Source of the DNA: Octopus bimaculoides
Lineage: Eukaryota
Assembly (NCBI RefSeq): GCF_001194135.2
Contig: NC_068982.1
Coordinates: forward strand, 5,848,352 to 5,880,716
DNA length: 32,365 nt
Reading direction: 5' to 3'
Shown here: in pieces, positions 1-11,647 of the stretch
How positions within the stretch are numbered: the stretch's first letter is position 1
How the letters are laid out: every line of letters begins with the position of its first letter
Translations under genes and position numbers: made by a program
Notes under the pieces: model-generated
Databases searched by the model: none
Told to the model about the DNA's origin: nothing
What the model saw: only the letters and a program-made list of their open reading frames with translations

Positions 1-1400
1 ATATATACACACATATGCATGCATATATTTTAAATATCACGAACAGATGTATATATGCGAAAAGCAGCGCAGAGCGCTGGAGTGGCTGGACCGTACCCAC
101 TCAAGACCCTGACAACAACAATCAGCTGAAAGATATGATTGCACATGCAATCGTGGCTAGCGTAAGTACCACCTTGAAGAACCACATAGTAAAGTTTAAC
201 AAGAAACTATACTTCCAAGTTTAAGGTGCAGTCGTTGGCGTCGGTGTAGATGGAGATGTGGCCGGCCTCTTCATGACCTGGTGGGACAGAAAACTTAAGC
301 AATCCTTAAGTCCACAACACTTCTACTTTATAGTAGGTATGTAGACGACATTAATATCATAGTTAAGACCATCTCTGGTAACCGTAATGTAAAAACTGAG
401 AGGAACATAATGGATAGCATCCAGCAAGTAGCTAACTCCGTCCCCCAAAGTATCAAGGTAACTATAGATTACCTCACTAGGCACCCCGTCCCTGATACTG
501 AACTTTGGTTAGAGACTGTGAACAACAGAGTGCAGCTCCTCCACTCCTATTACATGAAACCCATAGCTTCGAAATATGTTGTTCACAAGAACTCAGCTTT
601 TTCACACAACATGAAAATTAACATATTGATAGCAGACTTAGGATAATGAACAACATGTCCCCACTATTGAAACCCTATGAAACGAAGAAACATGTACAAA
701 ACTTCATCTACCACATGCTATTCTCTGGATATGATCAGAAAGATAGATACAGGGGCGCTAGAAAGAAGTTAGATAACATTATACGCAATGATACCAGTGG
801 TACCTGCCCTAGATATAGAAACAAAGACTGGAATAGGACACAATGAACTTCTGACAAAGCAAACAGGGTGAACATGTGGTATAAAACCGACAAATATCAA
901 GGAGTGATGTTTGTAGAGGCCACAACTCATGGAGAACTAGCCCGTACATTTAGGAAAGCTCTGAAGGAGACCAAACTCAACATTAAGATTGTTGAAAAGT
1001 CAGGGAATTCCATCAGATCACAACTATGTAGGATGTACCTCTTTGAGAATATCATATGCACCAATGGTAACTGCATGGTATGTAGGATTAACCCTGGCGT
1101 TAACTGTAGAACCAGGAATGTAGTCTACAACATAAGATGCATAAGGTCGTTGTAAAGACATGAACATAACATACATAGGAGAGACATCAAGGAGCATTGC
1201 AGAAAGACTAAATGACTATTTGAGACAATATGACGACAAAAAAGTCCTCCATACTCTACCAGCATGGCCAAGGACCAACATGGAGGCAACCTGAGTCAAC
1301 TTGACATCCGCATTTCACCCAAGCACCCAAAGGACCTAACACTCAGACAAATACAGGAGTACGTCTTCATAAATGAAACATCCCCAGTACTAAATAGGAA
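1..1400 (+). mobile_element. Penelope-like retroelement remnant (RT core plus GIY-YIG endonuclease), degenerate
   Basis: RT motif YVDDINI at 338-358. C-terminal CTNGNCMVC...CRTRNVVY (about 1057-1128), then frameshifted YIGETSRSIAERL (from 1172) and E-x-x-F-I-N-E-T-S-P-V-L-N-R-K. Many stops and frameshifts. Confidence 0.85.
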
Positions 1401-1469
1401 ATATACGTAGTAGGTAATTATACCCCATACATACGGTTTATATTTATATACAGGTAGAATAGTTAGTGG

Positions 1470-2167
1470 ATTGTTATGTAGATGTATGTATGTGTGTGTG
1501 TATATATGCACATGTATGTAGGCAAATGGATATGAAAGTAAACAGATAGACATACAGACGGATAGGTACTTAGGTAATATGAAGAGACAAGCCCACATAC
1601 ACACAACGCACACATACACGCAAATGAAGACTGAAACACATGACCATATACATACACACACTTCACTTCACACAAGGACACATGGAGACCCACATTCACA
1701 CATATGGAGATGCACATCCATACATACAGACACAGTACATAGTCACCCCCCCCCCCCCCCCACACACACACACTCAGACATGCAGACACAAGGAGACACA
1801 GGTACACACACACAAAAACACAGAAACCCGAATACACGAACACAAACATGAATACGCAGAATATATACAAACGCACACACATACATAAATATATACATGT
1901 ACACACACACACATAGATGCATACACACGCTTACATGCATGCATGCATACATACATACATACATACATACATACATGTGTATGCGCACACACACCGACCC
2001 ACACACATGCGCACAAAACAAACAAACGGCTCGGATAACGGACAGAATCAACGACTGTTGAAAAGACGCAACGAAAATTTTAGGAAATATAAATAAGTAA
2101 ATGAGTGGAAATCGAATCGGTGAGTGTGTTAAATAAAAAGGCACTAAAAGAGAATGACTCTCCTCAG

Positions 2168-2204
<37 letters not shown>

Positions 2205-2375
2205 CACGCACACACATACACACATAAATGCATGTGTCTGTATGTGTTCACACACATGTACGTACACACACACGCACATATATTCACACATACAAACGCG
2301 TACATACACACATACACACACACAAATAAATACATGCACAGACTCGTACACGCGCCCGCACACCCACATGCATGT
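1470..2375. repeat. Compound (CA)/(TA)/(CATA) low-complexity tract
   Basis: Direct inspection; source of many spurious HT/VC ORFs. Confidence 0.95.
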
Positions 2376-2482
2376 ATATTATGCCGTTAATTTTATTCTT
2401 ATGCAATGTTCCAAATTCGAAATCTTCAGTTTTACGCTTCATATTCAATAACCTTAAAAATCTTAAAACGAATATCGAAATA

Positions 2483-2695
2483 TTCTTTTCTACTCTAGGC
2501 TCGAAATTTTGGGGGGAGGGGGCCAGTCGATTAGATCGACACCAGTACGAAACTGGACCTGAATTTATCGATCCCGAAAGGATGGAAGGTAAAGTCGACC
2601 TCGGCGGAATTTGAACTCAAAACGTAAAGACAAACGAAATACTGCCAAGCATTTCGCCCTGTGTGCTAACGTTTCTGCCAGCTCACCGCCGCCTT
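2483..2695 (-). mobile_element. tRNA-derived SINE family 1 copy
   Basis: Matches the in-window consensus AAGGCGGCGAGCTGGCAGAAACGTTAGC...GAGTTCAAATTCC (A/B boxes)...CTTTCATCCTTTCGGGGTCGATAAATTAAGTACC...GTAGAAAAGA. Confidence 0.85.
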
Positions 2696-3109
2696 AATAT
2701 AATCTAAATATTACCTGACTGAACAGTTGAAAAATCTTTCCTCTTAAACTACAGCTATCTAGCTGAATTCTGAAAATGATTATTTTCTGAAATAATTTCT
2801 TTCATGTTAAATGACTGACTGAAAAGGAAAAAGGAAAGGAAAAATAATAATGAAGTGACGTGGTTAGTGGGAAGATTCAATGTCAAACGTCAACAACAAA
2901 ACAGTCTTTCTATAATCCTCAATGACCAGTTTCATTAAAAGTGACAGGGATATTCTAAGAAAACTAAAATGACGAAATACGTGCTCCGGAACAGAAAACA
3001 TGAGCGAGCGAGAATGATACAAATAAATGGCGTTTCATCAGATTTAAGGCCACGCCATTCTATAATCATGCAAATATAATACAGAACTGAATTTTATAAA
3101 TTGTTTGTT

Positions 3110-3303
3110 TTCAAATTTCGGACCAAGACCAGCACTTTCGATTGCATCGACTCCAGTGTTCAACTCGTACTTATTTTGATGACCTCAAAAAGATGAAAAG
3201 CAAAATCGACCTCAGCGGAATTTGAACTCAGAACGTAAAGACGGACGAAATGCCGCTAAGCATTTCGTCCGGCGTGCTAACGATTTTGCCAGCTCACCGC
3301 TTT
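3110..3303 (-). mobile_element. SINE family 1 copy
   Basis: Same consensus, reverse orientation. Confidence 0.8.
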
Positions 3304-3314
3304 TAAAATATTGA

Positions 3315-3478
3315 TTTAAAATTTTGGCAGAAGGCCAGCAATTTTAGGGGAGTGTTAAGTCGATTACACTGACCGCAGTGTTCAATCACTACTTACTTTA
3401 TCGACCCCGAAAGGTAAAATTGACCTTGGCGGAATTCGAACTCAGAACCACAGCATTCTAACGATGCTGCCAGCTCGG
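3315..3478 (-). mobile_element. SINE family 1 copy (internally deleted)
   Basis: Same consensus, head partly deleted. Confidence 0.7.
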
Positions 3479-4000
3479 AAAATTATCTTTGTTTAAAAAT
3501 ATTAAAGTTTATTAATTCTTTTAATTAACTAATTGTCGTAACTTAATAAATATTCTCCTTAATAATTCCAATCCAATGCCGCTGTAAGGTTTTGATCTAA
3601 AATGATGTTGCAACAGGTCTTTGCGTTAAGTATCTGGTTACGGCTCTCTTACTCTACAATATCCTCAACAGCTGGGTTACAAATAATTACTTAAGTATTG
3701 ACCCCCACCTCTGGAAGTCTTTAATTTCCATCCCTATGGTCAAATGCTGTGTCATTACAGAAGGAATTGACTCTTAGGGAAGCTGACTTCCCTTTGGAAA
3801 GCAAGCAAATAAGATATCTGAGAGCAAAGAAGATAAGTCCTTTGCGAATGTTTGTTGAAAGTTTAGGCTTATGAAACGAATTATTCTAAATATATCGATA
3901 TTATTGGAAGAGATCTAGAGCATAGCATTGAGTAATGCAGGCGCAGAGATTCCTGGTGCGCAGTGGTGAAATGCACCTCGGTTGCAGTCAATTTAATAAT

Positions 4001-4206
4001 CCTTTCTACAGTAGGCACAAGGCCTGAAATTTTTGGGGAGGGGGTAAGTCGATCACATCGATCCTAGTACTTGACTGGTACTTAATTTATCGACTCCGAA
4101 AGGCAAAATCGACCTCGGCGGAATTTGAACTCAGAACATAGCGGCAAACGAATTACCGCCAAGCATTTCGCCCGGCATGCTAATGATTCGGCCATCTCGC
4201 CTCCTT
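4001..4206 (-). mobile_element. SINE family 1 copy
   Basis: Same consensus. Confidence 0.8.
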
Positions 4207-4233
4207 ACGCACCCAACTTAGTAATAATAACAA

Positions 4234-4416
4234 GAATGGTTTCAAATGTTGGTGTAAGGCCATTAATTTTGGATGAGGAGATAAATCAATTGCATCAACT
4301 CCGAAAGGATAAAAGGTAGAGTCGACCTCGGCGGAATTTGAACCCAGAACGTAAAGACGGATGAAATGTCGCTAAGCATTTTGCACAGCGTGCTAACGAT
4401 TCTGCTAGCTCGCCGC
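4234..4416 (-). mobile_element. SINE family 1 copy
   Basis: Same consensus. Confidence 0.8.
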
Positions 4417-4600
4417 AATCTAGGTTAAACTCTTACGGAAAACCGGAATGACCACATCTTTAATTTTTCTAAAAAAGGGCAAAATTCCAGCTGGAGCCTG
4501 GAGGCGTCTTAGGTGGGGGCATATCCCAATTTGAATAACGGTTAAAGCACTAAGTGTACAAGACTATATCTCCTGAACAGGATGCCAGTCTTTCTCTGAA

Positions 4601-4844
4601 TTAACACATTAGCTGTCGCTAAGCCCAGATTTTCTATCAACACATTAGCTGTCGATGGCCCAGATGTTCTATTTTATGTTCAAATTAACCGGATCTGGCG
4701 CCCTGACTCCTACTTTACAATGTCAGTCTAAAACTAAACAATCATCGAAATTTTAAAGTTACAAGATAATGCAAAATTAATTAGAAACAATGTGAACAAA
4801 TAAACATTATATTTAATAGAGTAATCAGAATGACATAGGGTTAA
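4601..4844. mobile_element. Degenerate piggyBac-type MITE
   Basis: TTAA at 4601-4604 and 4841-4844, right end ...AGGG|TTAA. The left end is duplicated as a 35-bp tandem (4603-4672). Body resembles an octopus MITE from memory; TIR match is imperfect. Confidence 0.4.
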
Positions 4845-5159
4845 ACCAAACCCGCCTCCTCATGTGCATAAACCATTCATATTAAGAGAGCCTAAATTTC
4901 TTGAAAATATTCAGAATTTTCCACACGTAAACACAAGCATCACCTCTTACAGTTTCAAATTTCTTGTTCTACAGAATGTTGTTGAATGGGTTATACTGTT
5001 TTTTTTCTTATTATTATTTGTGTTATAGTAATATCAATACGAATATCAGTCATAGTAGGTGTTCTTTTATTGTTTATACCCAATGATAGAGCAACCTTGA
5101 AGAAATATCCGCATAATATGTTATTCCTATAAAGATCCGCCTGCAAATACACAGAAATA

Positions 5160-5223
5160 CATAATGAGTACATATACATGTACACACATGGCTGACGTAA
5201 TCATGATTATATTTACGTGTGTG

Positions 5224-5261
<38 letters not shown>

Positions 5262-5365
5262 TGTATGCACTGGAAAAATACAGATATGCGTATGCATATC
5301 TGTGTGTGTGTATGTGTGTGTGTGTGTAGATATGCGTATGTATGTATGTTTAGGCATGCATACTT

Positions 5366-5407
<42 letters not shown>

Positions 5408-5410
5408 CTT
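5160..5410. repeat. (TA)n, (TG)n and (CA)n microsatellites immediately upstream of the TATA box
   Basis: Direct inspection. Confidence 0.95.
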
Positions 5411-5451
5411 TATATAAGCACACGCACTCATTAACTAAGCTATGGATTCAG

Positions 5452-5490
5452 TATAAATAGGAATGGAATCGAGATAATTTTGCTCAGAAA
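5452..5490 (+). promoter_or_regulatory. Candidate TATA box and initiator for the cytokine-like gene
   Basis: TATAAATA at 5452-5459; Inr-like TCAGAA at 5484-5489, about 30-35 bp downstream; predicts a ~45 nt 5' UTR before the ATG at 5529. Confidence 0.5.
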
Positions 5491-5528
5491 CGCTTTCAGA
5501 TCCAAGGTTTAAAAAGAGTAAAGACAAA

Positions 5529-5535
5529 ATGCAAG
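5529..5535 (+). CDS. Exon 1 (7 coding nt, ATG CAA G) of putative secreted class-I helical cytokine gene
   Basis: AAAATGCAAG|GTAATA: ATG with A at -3, followed by a GT donor in phase 1. The leftover G joins AC of exon 2 to give Asp and an in-frame signal peptide (MQDILKYCTVAAVLFALQCTIA). TATAAATA lies 77 bp upstream. Confidence 0.7.
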
Positions 5536-5776
5536 GTAATATACAAGTTTCCCAAAGTTAACACAGTAATATATGCATACAAATACATACATACATACAT
5601 GCATGCGCTGTTTATCTTGATATGAGATCACCATATCGCGCACATTTGGTGGTGATGCATGTGCCTGGCCTGGTATACCCTTATCAGACGGGTAGTCATG
5701 AACTGTTTACTGGGCTTCGTATAATTGTACCCCAGTGTCACTTTGATAGCATGCTCTGCTCTCTCACTCAATAACA

Positions 5777-5792
5777 TGTGTGTGTGTGTGTG

Positions 5793-5886
<94 letters not shown>
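5777..5886. repeat. (TG)n microsatellite in intron 1
   Basis: About 55 units, one interruption. Confidence 0.97.
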
Positions 5887-5889
<3 letters not shown>

Positions 5890-6129
5890 TATTTGAAGCG
5901 GTGAACTGATATTGTATATTGAGAAATGGAAGGTAGTCAGAAGTTTGGATAATTCTTATTAACGCTTCCGTTCGTTTATCGAACTCAAGACAAAATCAAA
6001 ATGAATGTATTTTGTTAAATAGCAACACAATATTTAAATGTTTTTTTTTCCTTCAAACAGGAATATCACAGGAATTATTTACCTAAGTTCCAGATTTTGA
6101 ATTTGCTATTTAAATATTTTAGAAGACCA

Positions 6130-6330
6130 AGGCGGCGAGTTGGCAGAAACGTTAGCATGCCTGGCAAAATGCTAAGCGGCATTTCGTCCGTCTTTACGTT
6201 CCACCGAGGTCAACTTTGCCTTTCATCCTTTTGTGGTCGATACAAAAAATACCAGTTGAGCACTGTGGCAGGTGTAATCGACTTCCCCATCCCACAAAAT
6301 TTAGACTCGTGCTTACGATAGAAAAGATTA
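6130..6330 (+). mobile_element. SINE family 1 copy (intron 1)
   Basis: Same consensus; B box partly deleted. Confidence 0.8.
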
Positions 6331-7261
6331 TTGCTTCTTCTATCGAGTCCATACTGATAAGTCTCGAAATGAATTTCGGTAACGTTTGAACTGAGAACAG
6401 ATCTACAGTTGTGGTAATCTCTACTGCATTTAAACGACTACAAATATTGTTTCTTTTTGAATAAGTTTCTGAGTATGTTTGACGGGTACTGCGGTCCGAA
6501 ACCGTCATCCAGCTTTCGCTTCTGGTTGAAGCTACTCTCATGACAATTTTAAAGCTATATAGAAGAGCATGAATGTAGCAGCATCCTAATTTAGCATCCC
6601 AATAAATTTACACCTTTCCATCTAATAACATAAAGCCCTGCATTTATCTAGGAGTCACAAACTCTACAGGAAACGGATAAAGGAGGACACCCCTCAGATC
6701 ACTTTTTTCACCTATACTGTTGATGCTACTGGAAAACGTATGAGCATCGTAAAATCTCAGTTTTACTTTCCCTTAGAATATACAACCAATGATTCTGGTA
6801 AAAAAAAAAAAAAACGTTTTCATCTATTGGAAAAATATTGGGATACCAGTAAGAAAGGGCTGAATATGATTGATATGAAACTAACACTTAGGAATTGACT
6901 GTTTATGGCAATGAACACCTCTCATATGGCAACCTTCACAGGAAACAATAACTCGGTTTTACAAACTCACTAAAAAAGCTTGGAGGGAATGCACACTGCT
7001 TATTGGATTCAGCGTTTTGGCTTGTATCCATATTGACTCCCAGAGTAACATGCAAAGTGTTAAGCATTGAATTCTTAACTTGTTTGTTTGTTTAAGTTTT
7101 GTTCCTTCATTTAATTGGAGATCGAGACTATTGAATGGAGAAAGTAGTGATGAAAAAATGGAGTTTAACTGATTTTGTAGTGTAACTGATGAATTATTAA
7201 GAACAATGCTTTGTAACGATATTCATAGAAGCATATTTTTTTTTAGATATTGTATGTATGT

Positions 7262-7788
7262 ATGTCAGTATTTAGTTTTATTTCAAGGTTTCTTGCCAGT
7301 AGAGAAAGAGCTGGTTTCTATCCTAGATCCAAGGCTCCTTCATTGGAATTTCAGCATCAACAACAGGGTATTTTTGTGTGTGTGTATGTATGTATGTATG
7401 TATGTATGTATGTATGTATGTATGTATGTATGTATGTGTGCAGATTTGTTTGTTTTGTTTTATGTATGTATTCTCATGCATATAGTTACCTATTTAGACA
7501 TACTGATATATATATTTAAATTATAAACGTCTGGAAAGTTTTACAGATTTTTACAGTTCCAGTGATGGATTGGATCTGTAGTCTTCGAATCAGCTTTCTC
7601 CTTTCTGGTTTTGAGAAGCCTAATTTCTCAAGACTGGTATTTAGGCAGTGTGATGCATATCTCATGGGCCTAATAATTACAGGTATGAACCTGAACTTGT
7701 AATCTGGATAGAGTAACTGCAGATTTCTCTATAGTTCAGCATAGGTATTCTCTTTTTCACTGATCTTCAGTTTTATGTTAACATCCGC
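7262..7788 (-). mobile_element. RLE-type (R4/Dong-like) non-LTR retrotransposon, 3' fragment (copy A)
   Basis: - strand ADVNIKLKISEKENTYAEL*RNLQLLYPDYKFRFIPVII... to the ORF end, plus a 3' UTR with an internal (TATG)n and a terminal segment (7265-7375) similar to 24805-24890 and 20595-20690. Confidence 0.75.
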
Positions 7789-7850
7789 TGTATGTATGTA
7801 TGTATGTATGTATGTATGTATGTATGTATGTATGTATGTATGTATGTATG

Positions 7851-8846
7851 TTTTGGTTTATGTATGTATTGTCATGCATATAGTTACATATCTAGACATG
7901 CTCATATATATTTAAGTGATAAACTTCTCGAAAGTTTTACAGTTTTTGACAGTTCCAGTGATGGATTGGATCTGTAGTCTTCGAATTAGCTTTCTATTTT
8001 CTGGTTTTGAGAAGACTAATTTCTCAAGACTGGTATTTAGGCAGATTGTCACATATCCCAGAGCCCAATAATTACAGGTATAAACCTGAAGTTGGCTGGG
8101 CAGCTAATTTCCACAACTGTGCACAGCTTCTCTTCTCTATCTCAAATCATTATATCAAGTCTGTTGTGCTTACATTTTATTAAGGTCTTCACTGGTACAC
8201 TCCACCAGCATTCATTTTCATTATGAGTGACTATGACTCCTACCATATTGTGGGTTTTTATTTCTTTGTTCTCAGGGATATCCTTCCGACGGATTTCATT
8301 GTAGAGTATTCTAGCTACAACATCATGTCTCATCGTTAGATAATGATATTTTCATACAACTGCTTATGATGTGGATATCTTTGGTATTAACTCCACAAAT
8401 TCTGCATCGATTGTCAAATTTTACAGCTTTTCCTGCATCTCTATCCCTTTTGTTCATCAGGTATTTAGTTGATATTTCTTGTTTCTGGATTGCAAACGCA
8501 TACCCTTCAAAGTGGGAGGTAGTAATCCGGCTATTGGTTCATGATAAACTGCTTTGATGATCGATATTATTATCACCACGGAGCATTCTATTAACATATC
8601 CATGCATGATCTGCTACTCATCTTTTCATCTGATGATACGTTGCGGTAGAGTTGTGCGACTTCTTTGGGCATGTATTCTACGTTAACAGACAAAGAATGT
8701 TGTTCAAAGAGCTGCCTTCCAAGTCTTATGATCTTATCAACCTCATGTATGCAAACTTGGTCAAGGGATGCACTTCGACACTTGGTGGTTAAATGATGTT
8801 GCCGATGGAATATGATACGACATTCAAAGGCACTTTGGATCGAGGT
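7851..8846 (-). mobile_element. RLE-type (R4/Dong-like) non-LTR retrotransposon fragment (copy B)
   Basis: - strand AFAIQKQEISTKYL...CRICGVNTKDIHIISSC (degenerate CCHC), RHDVVARILY...WWSVPVKT...KHNRLDIMI*DREE...EISCPA (PD-(D/E)xK region), then an internal deletion to FRFIPVIIGALG...QIQSITGTVK...KF. Its 3' part is near-identical to copy A. Confidence 0.8.
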
Positions 8847-8866
8847 TATGTATGTATGTATGTATG

Positions 8867-8897
<31 letters not shown>

Positions 8898-9094
8898 GAA
8901 CGTGTACATGTACGTACATACAAACATTAATAACTTGTAATGAAAGAACCTAAAAACATTCGGAGTTATCTCCCTTACAACGTGAACCTGTTCAGACAAC
9001 ATCGATTTGATGGCGAGAACGCTTAAATGTACAACGCCTACATTTGAACTGAACACTCATATGTCGTCGTCGACGGGGGAGTCTATCATTATTA

Positions 9095-9476
9095 GTATGG
9101 TTATTGAAAGGAGGGTAAAGAGGGAAATTCTGCTCCGCCCCCAGTAAATTTGTTGAAAGGTGGGTGCATGTGGCGAGGACGGCCCGTGTGAACGGGCCTA
9201 CTCTGAACTTTCGTTTGTAAACCGGAAGAGTTGAGAAGGAGAGAGGCGCCTGCGGATGTACATCTGGCGGTCGGGATAACCAAAATGTGTGGGGTTCTTC
9301 GGTTGTCCCTGTGAAAAACTCCCCACTTTTGATGAATTTTATTATTTAATTGTTTTGTTAATTGTTGTTAATTGTTATTTTATTGTTTACTCGACTTTTG
9401 TGTTAAACCCCACGTGTCCCCAGTATTGTATTGTCCCTATTTGTCTTCTGTTCGGCCCTTGTGGCCAATAAAGAAA
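9095..9476 (+). mobile_element. Tx1/L1-like LINE 3' end
   Basis: KFVERWVHVARTARVNGPTL (from 9146), homologous to EKRWKKVASTLRVN near 19040-19085; T-rich 3' UTR ending CCCTTGTGGCCAATAAAGAAA. Confidence 0.6.
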
Positions 9477-9496
9477 CGATTATTATCATAATTGGT

Positions 9497-9670
9497 AAGG
9501 CATCGAGCTGGCAGAAACGTCAGCACGCCGGGCTAAATCGTTACGTTCTGATTTCAAATTCCACCAAGGTCGGCTTCGCCTTTCATCCTTCCGATGACCC
9601 CCTACTGGGGTCAATGTAATCAACTAGTCCCCTTCCCAAAAACTGCTGCCCTTGTGGCAAAATTTGAAAC
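9497..9670 (+). mobile_element. SINE family 1 copy (intron 1)
   Basis: Same consensus with deletions. Confidence 0.75.
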
Positions 9671-9854
9671 CATTATTATTATAATTGTTCAACATTTGGT
9701 AGTTTCAAACAGATTTCTACTGCATCACGTGCTACATCTCCGTGTTGCTGGGTCTGTGTAGCACCGTGGGTTCTTTTTTGTTGTTAGGAAAATGCAAACT
9801 CTTCCTGGTATTGTATTGCTATTATTATCATTAAACAAGGTTGTTGTTGACAGT

Positions 9855-9921
9855 GATTTCGAAGTTTCGGCCGCTAAGCATTTTCTCCGGCGCGGTAACG
9901 ATTCTGCCAGCTCGCCTCCTT
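9855..9921 (-). mobile_element. SINE family 1 head fragment (intron 1)
   Basis: CCGCTAAGCATTT..CCGGCGCG.TAACGATTCTGCCAGCTCGCC. Confidence 0.7.
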
Positions 9922-9945
9922 AATGATAATAATAATAATAATAAT

Positions 9946-10158
9946 CCTTTCTGCTATAGGCATAAGGGTCTGAAATTTGGGAGAGGGAGCAGTTCATTAG
10001 ATCGACCCCAGTACATAATTGGTACTTAATTTATCGACCCCAAAAGGATGAAAGGCAAAGTCGACCTCGGCGGAATTTGAACTCAGAACGTAGCGACGGG
10101 AGAAATACCGCTAAGCATTTCGTCCGGCGCGCTAACGTTTCTGCCAGGTCGCCGCCTT
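9946..10158 (-). mobile_element. SINE family 1 full copy (intron 1)
   Basis: Near-consensus, reverse orientation. Confidence 0.85.
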
Positions 10159-10194
10159 AATAATAAAATAATAACAATAATAATAATAACAACA

Positions 10195-10418
10195 ACGAAA
10201 AAAATATTCAGACAAATACATAATAAAAACACCAGGACTTACAAATATATATAACATGTAGAAAATTGTACTACTGGGTACTGCACACATCCTACGCAAA
10301 ACTCTTTCAATACAGTAAACATAAGAGCATCACAGCAAACCACAGCACATACCCAAGGCACACAGAGCTGCGCTCGGTAGGGAAGAGAAAGCACGTTATT
10401 AAAATAAAACTACTGAAC
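10195..10418 (+). mobile_element. Dong/R4-like LINE extreme 3' end embedded in (TAA)n
   Basis: Frame ...KIVLLGTAHILRKTLSIQ* (about 10263-10313) matches the typical R4/Dong C-terminus LLGTAxILR; flanked by TAA repeats on both sides. Confidence 0.55.
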
Positions 10419-10496
<78 letters not shown>

Positions 10497-10535
10497 GACG
10501 ACGACGTCGACGATGATGATGATGTTGAAGATGAT
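10419..10535. repeat. (TAA)n followed by (GAC/GAT)n
   Basis: Direct inspection. Confidence 0.95.
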
Positions 10536-10668
10536 TCGATTTAATATAATATGTTCCACGCAAATTTATATCCTTGTGCCTATATTAGAAATTGCTAATA
10601 ATCGTCAGTGGAATTTGTTGTTTAATCCATTTAAAAAAAATTAAAATTTTTTGTTTTCTTATTTGTAG

Positions 10669-10907
10669 ACATCCTGAAGTATTGTACTGTCGCAGCAGTT
10701 TTATTCGCTCTTCAATGCACGATTGCATTACCAGTCACTAAAGTTCCAGTAATTCCGTGGCATCATCCCTGCACGCCTTCCTCACAATATACTTATGAAG
10801 ATATACAGCATTTCATCGAAGGAGAAAATGCAACGAAACTTTTCAACAGATTACTTGAAAAAACTAAAGAAACTTTGGATCTTGTCAGGAATATACGTGA
10901 AACTATG
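10669..10907 (+). CDS. Exon 2 of putative helical cytokine (signal peptide, PWHHPC motif, predicted helix A)
   Basis: Acceptor ttttttgttttcttatttgtAG at 10667-10668. The frame ILKYCTVAAVLFALQCTIALPVTK...PWHHPC...TKLFNRLLEKTKETLDLVRNIRETM has no stops. Donor ATG|GTAACT at 10908, phase 0. Confidence 0.87.
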
Positions 10908-11162
10908 GTAACTACATCTTTTTTTTTTTTGATGTCTTGGGAGCGTCATTACGCCAATAATAATGACACTCACACTGATTTAATATCACTTCTTTATCTA
11001 ACCAAATAACTAATCGTTTGTTTATTTAATGTGCTGTTTAAACAATTAATCGGTTGTTTGTTAGTCAAAGTCTTTTCAACGCTGTTCGCGACTTTCCCAG
11101 TGGCGTCGCTCACTCCTCAAGGGCTGCTCTGAGTCTGTCCAAGTATTGGTCTTATGCTTGTG

Positions 11163-11197
<35 letters not shown>

Positions 11198-11287
11198 AGG
11201 CGCGCATATATGCATGACGTTAGCCAAATACAGTTTCCGTCAACCAAAGGCACCCTCAAAACTTTAGTCATCTCGGGGCCTTAGTAG

Positions 11288-11635
11288 NNNNNNNNNNNNN
11301 NNNNNNNNNNNNNNNNNNNNNNNNNNNNNNNNNNNNNNNNNNNNNNNNNNNNNNNNNNNNNNNNNNNNNNNNNNNNNNNNNNNNNNNNNNNNNNNNNNNN
11401 NNNNNNNNNNNNNNNNNNNNNNNNNNNNNNNNNNNNNNNNNNNNNNNNNNNNNNNNNNNNNNNNNNNNNNNNNNNNNNNNNNNNNNNNNNNNNNNNNNNN
11501 NNNNNNNNNNNNNNNNNNNNNNNNNNNNNNNNNNNNNNNNNNNNNNNNNNNNNNNNNNNNNNNNNNNNNNNNNNNNNNNNNNNNNNNNNNNNNNNNNNNN
11601 NNNNNNNNNNNNNNNNNNNNNNNNNNNNNNNNNNN
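11288..11635. other. Assembly gap in intron 2 (other gaps: 14982-15158, 17157-17702, 18583-18822, 20215-20223, 30028-30896)
   Basis: Runs of N. Confidence 1.
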
Positions 11636-11647
11636 AAAAGAATATTA

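Noticed and set aside
1-1450. Hammerhead ribozyme expected in Penelope pseudo-LTRs
   Set aside because: No CTGATGA...GAAA core with flanking stems found near either PLE remnant.
1296-2451. Many long ORFs on both strands (HTHT/CVCV/MYVC peptides); also 4991-5460, 7206-7977, 13725-13907, 20916-21134, 28173-28466
   Set aside because: Translations of stop-free (CA)/(TA)/(CATA) microsatellites; no coding signal.
3560-3860. Unique-looking segment upstream of the gene as a coding exon
   Set aside because: No convincing open frame with splice sites on either strand; probably an old repeat.
6040-6090. Strong-looking acceptor (ttttttttccttcaaacAG at 6059-6060) as an extra exon in intron 1
   Set aside because: In phase 1 it reads GISQELFT then TAA, and no good donor follows; at most a cryptic or poison acceptor.
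6560-7050. Possible very old L1/Tx1 RT remnant (IYLGVT at about 6643, KG-LNMID near 6855)
   Set aside because: Only two short motif hints with no continuous frame; not supportable by eye.
10266-10544. Poly-Asn/poly-Asp ORF
   Set aside because: (TAA)n/(GAC)n microsatellite appended to a LINE 3' end in a different frame.
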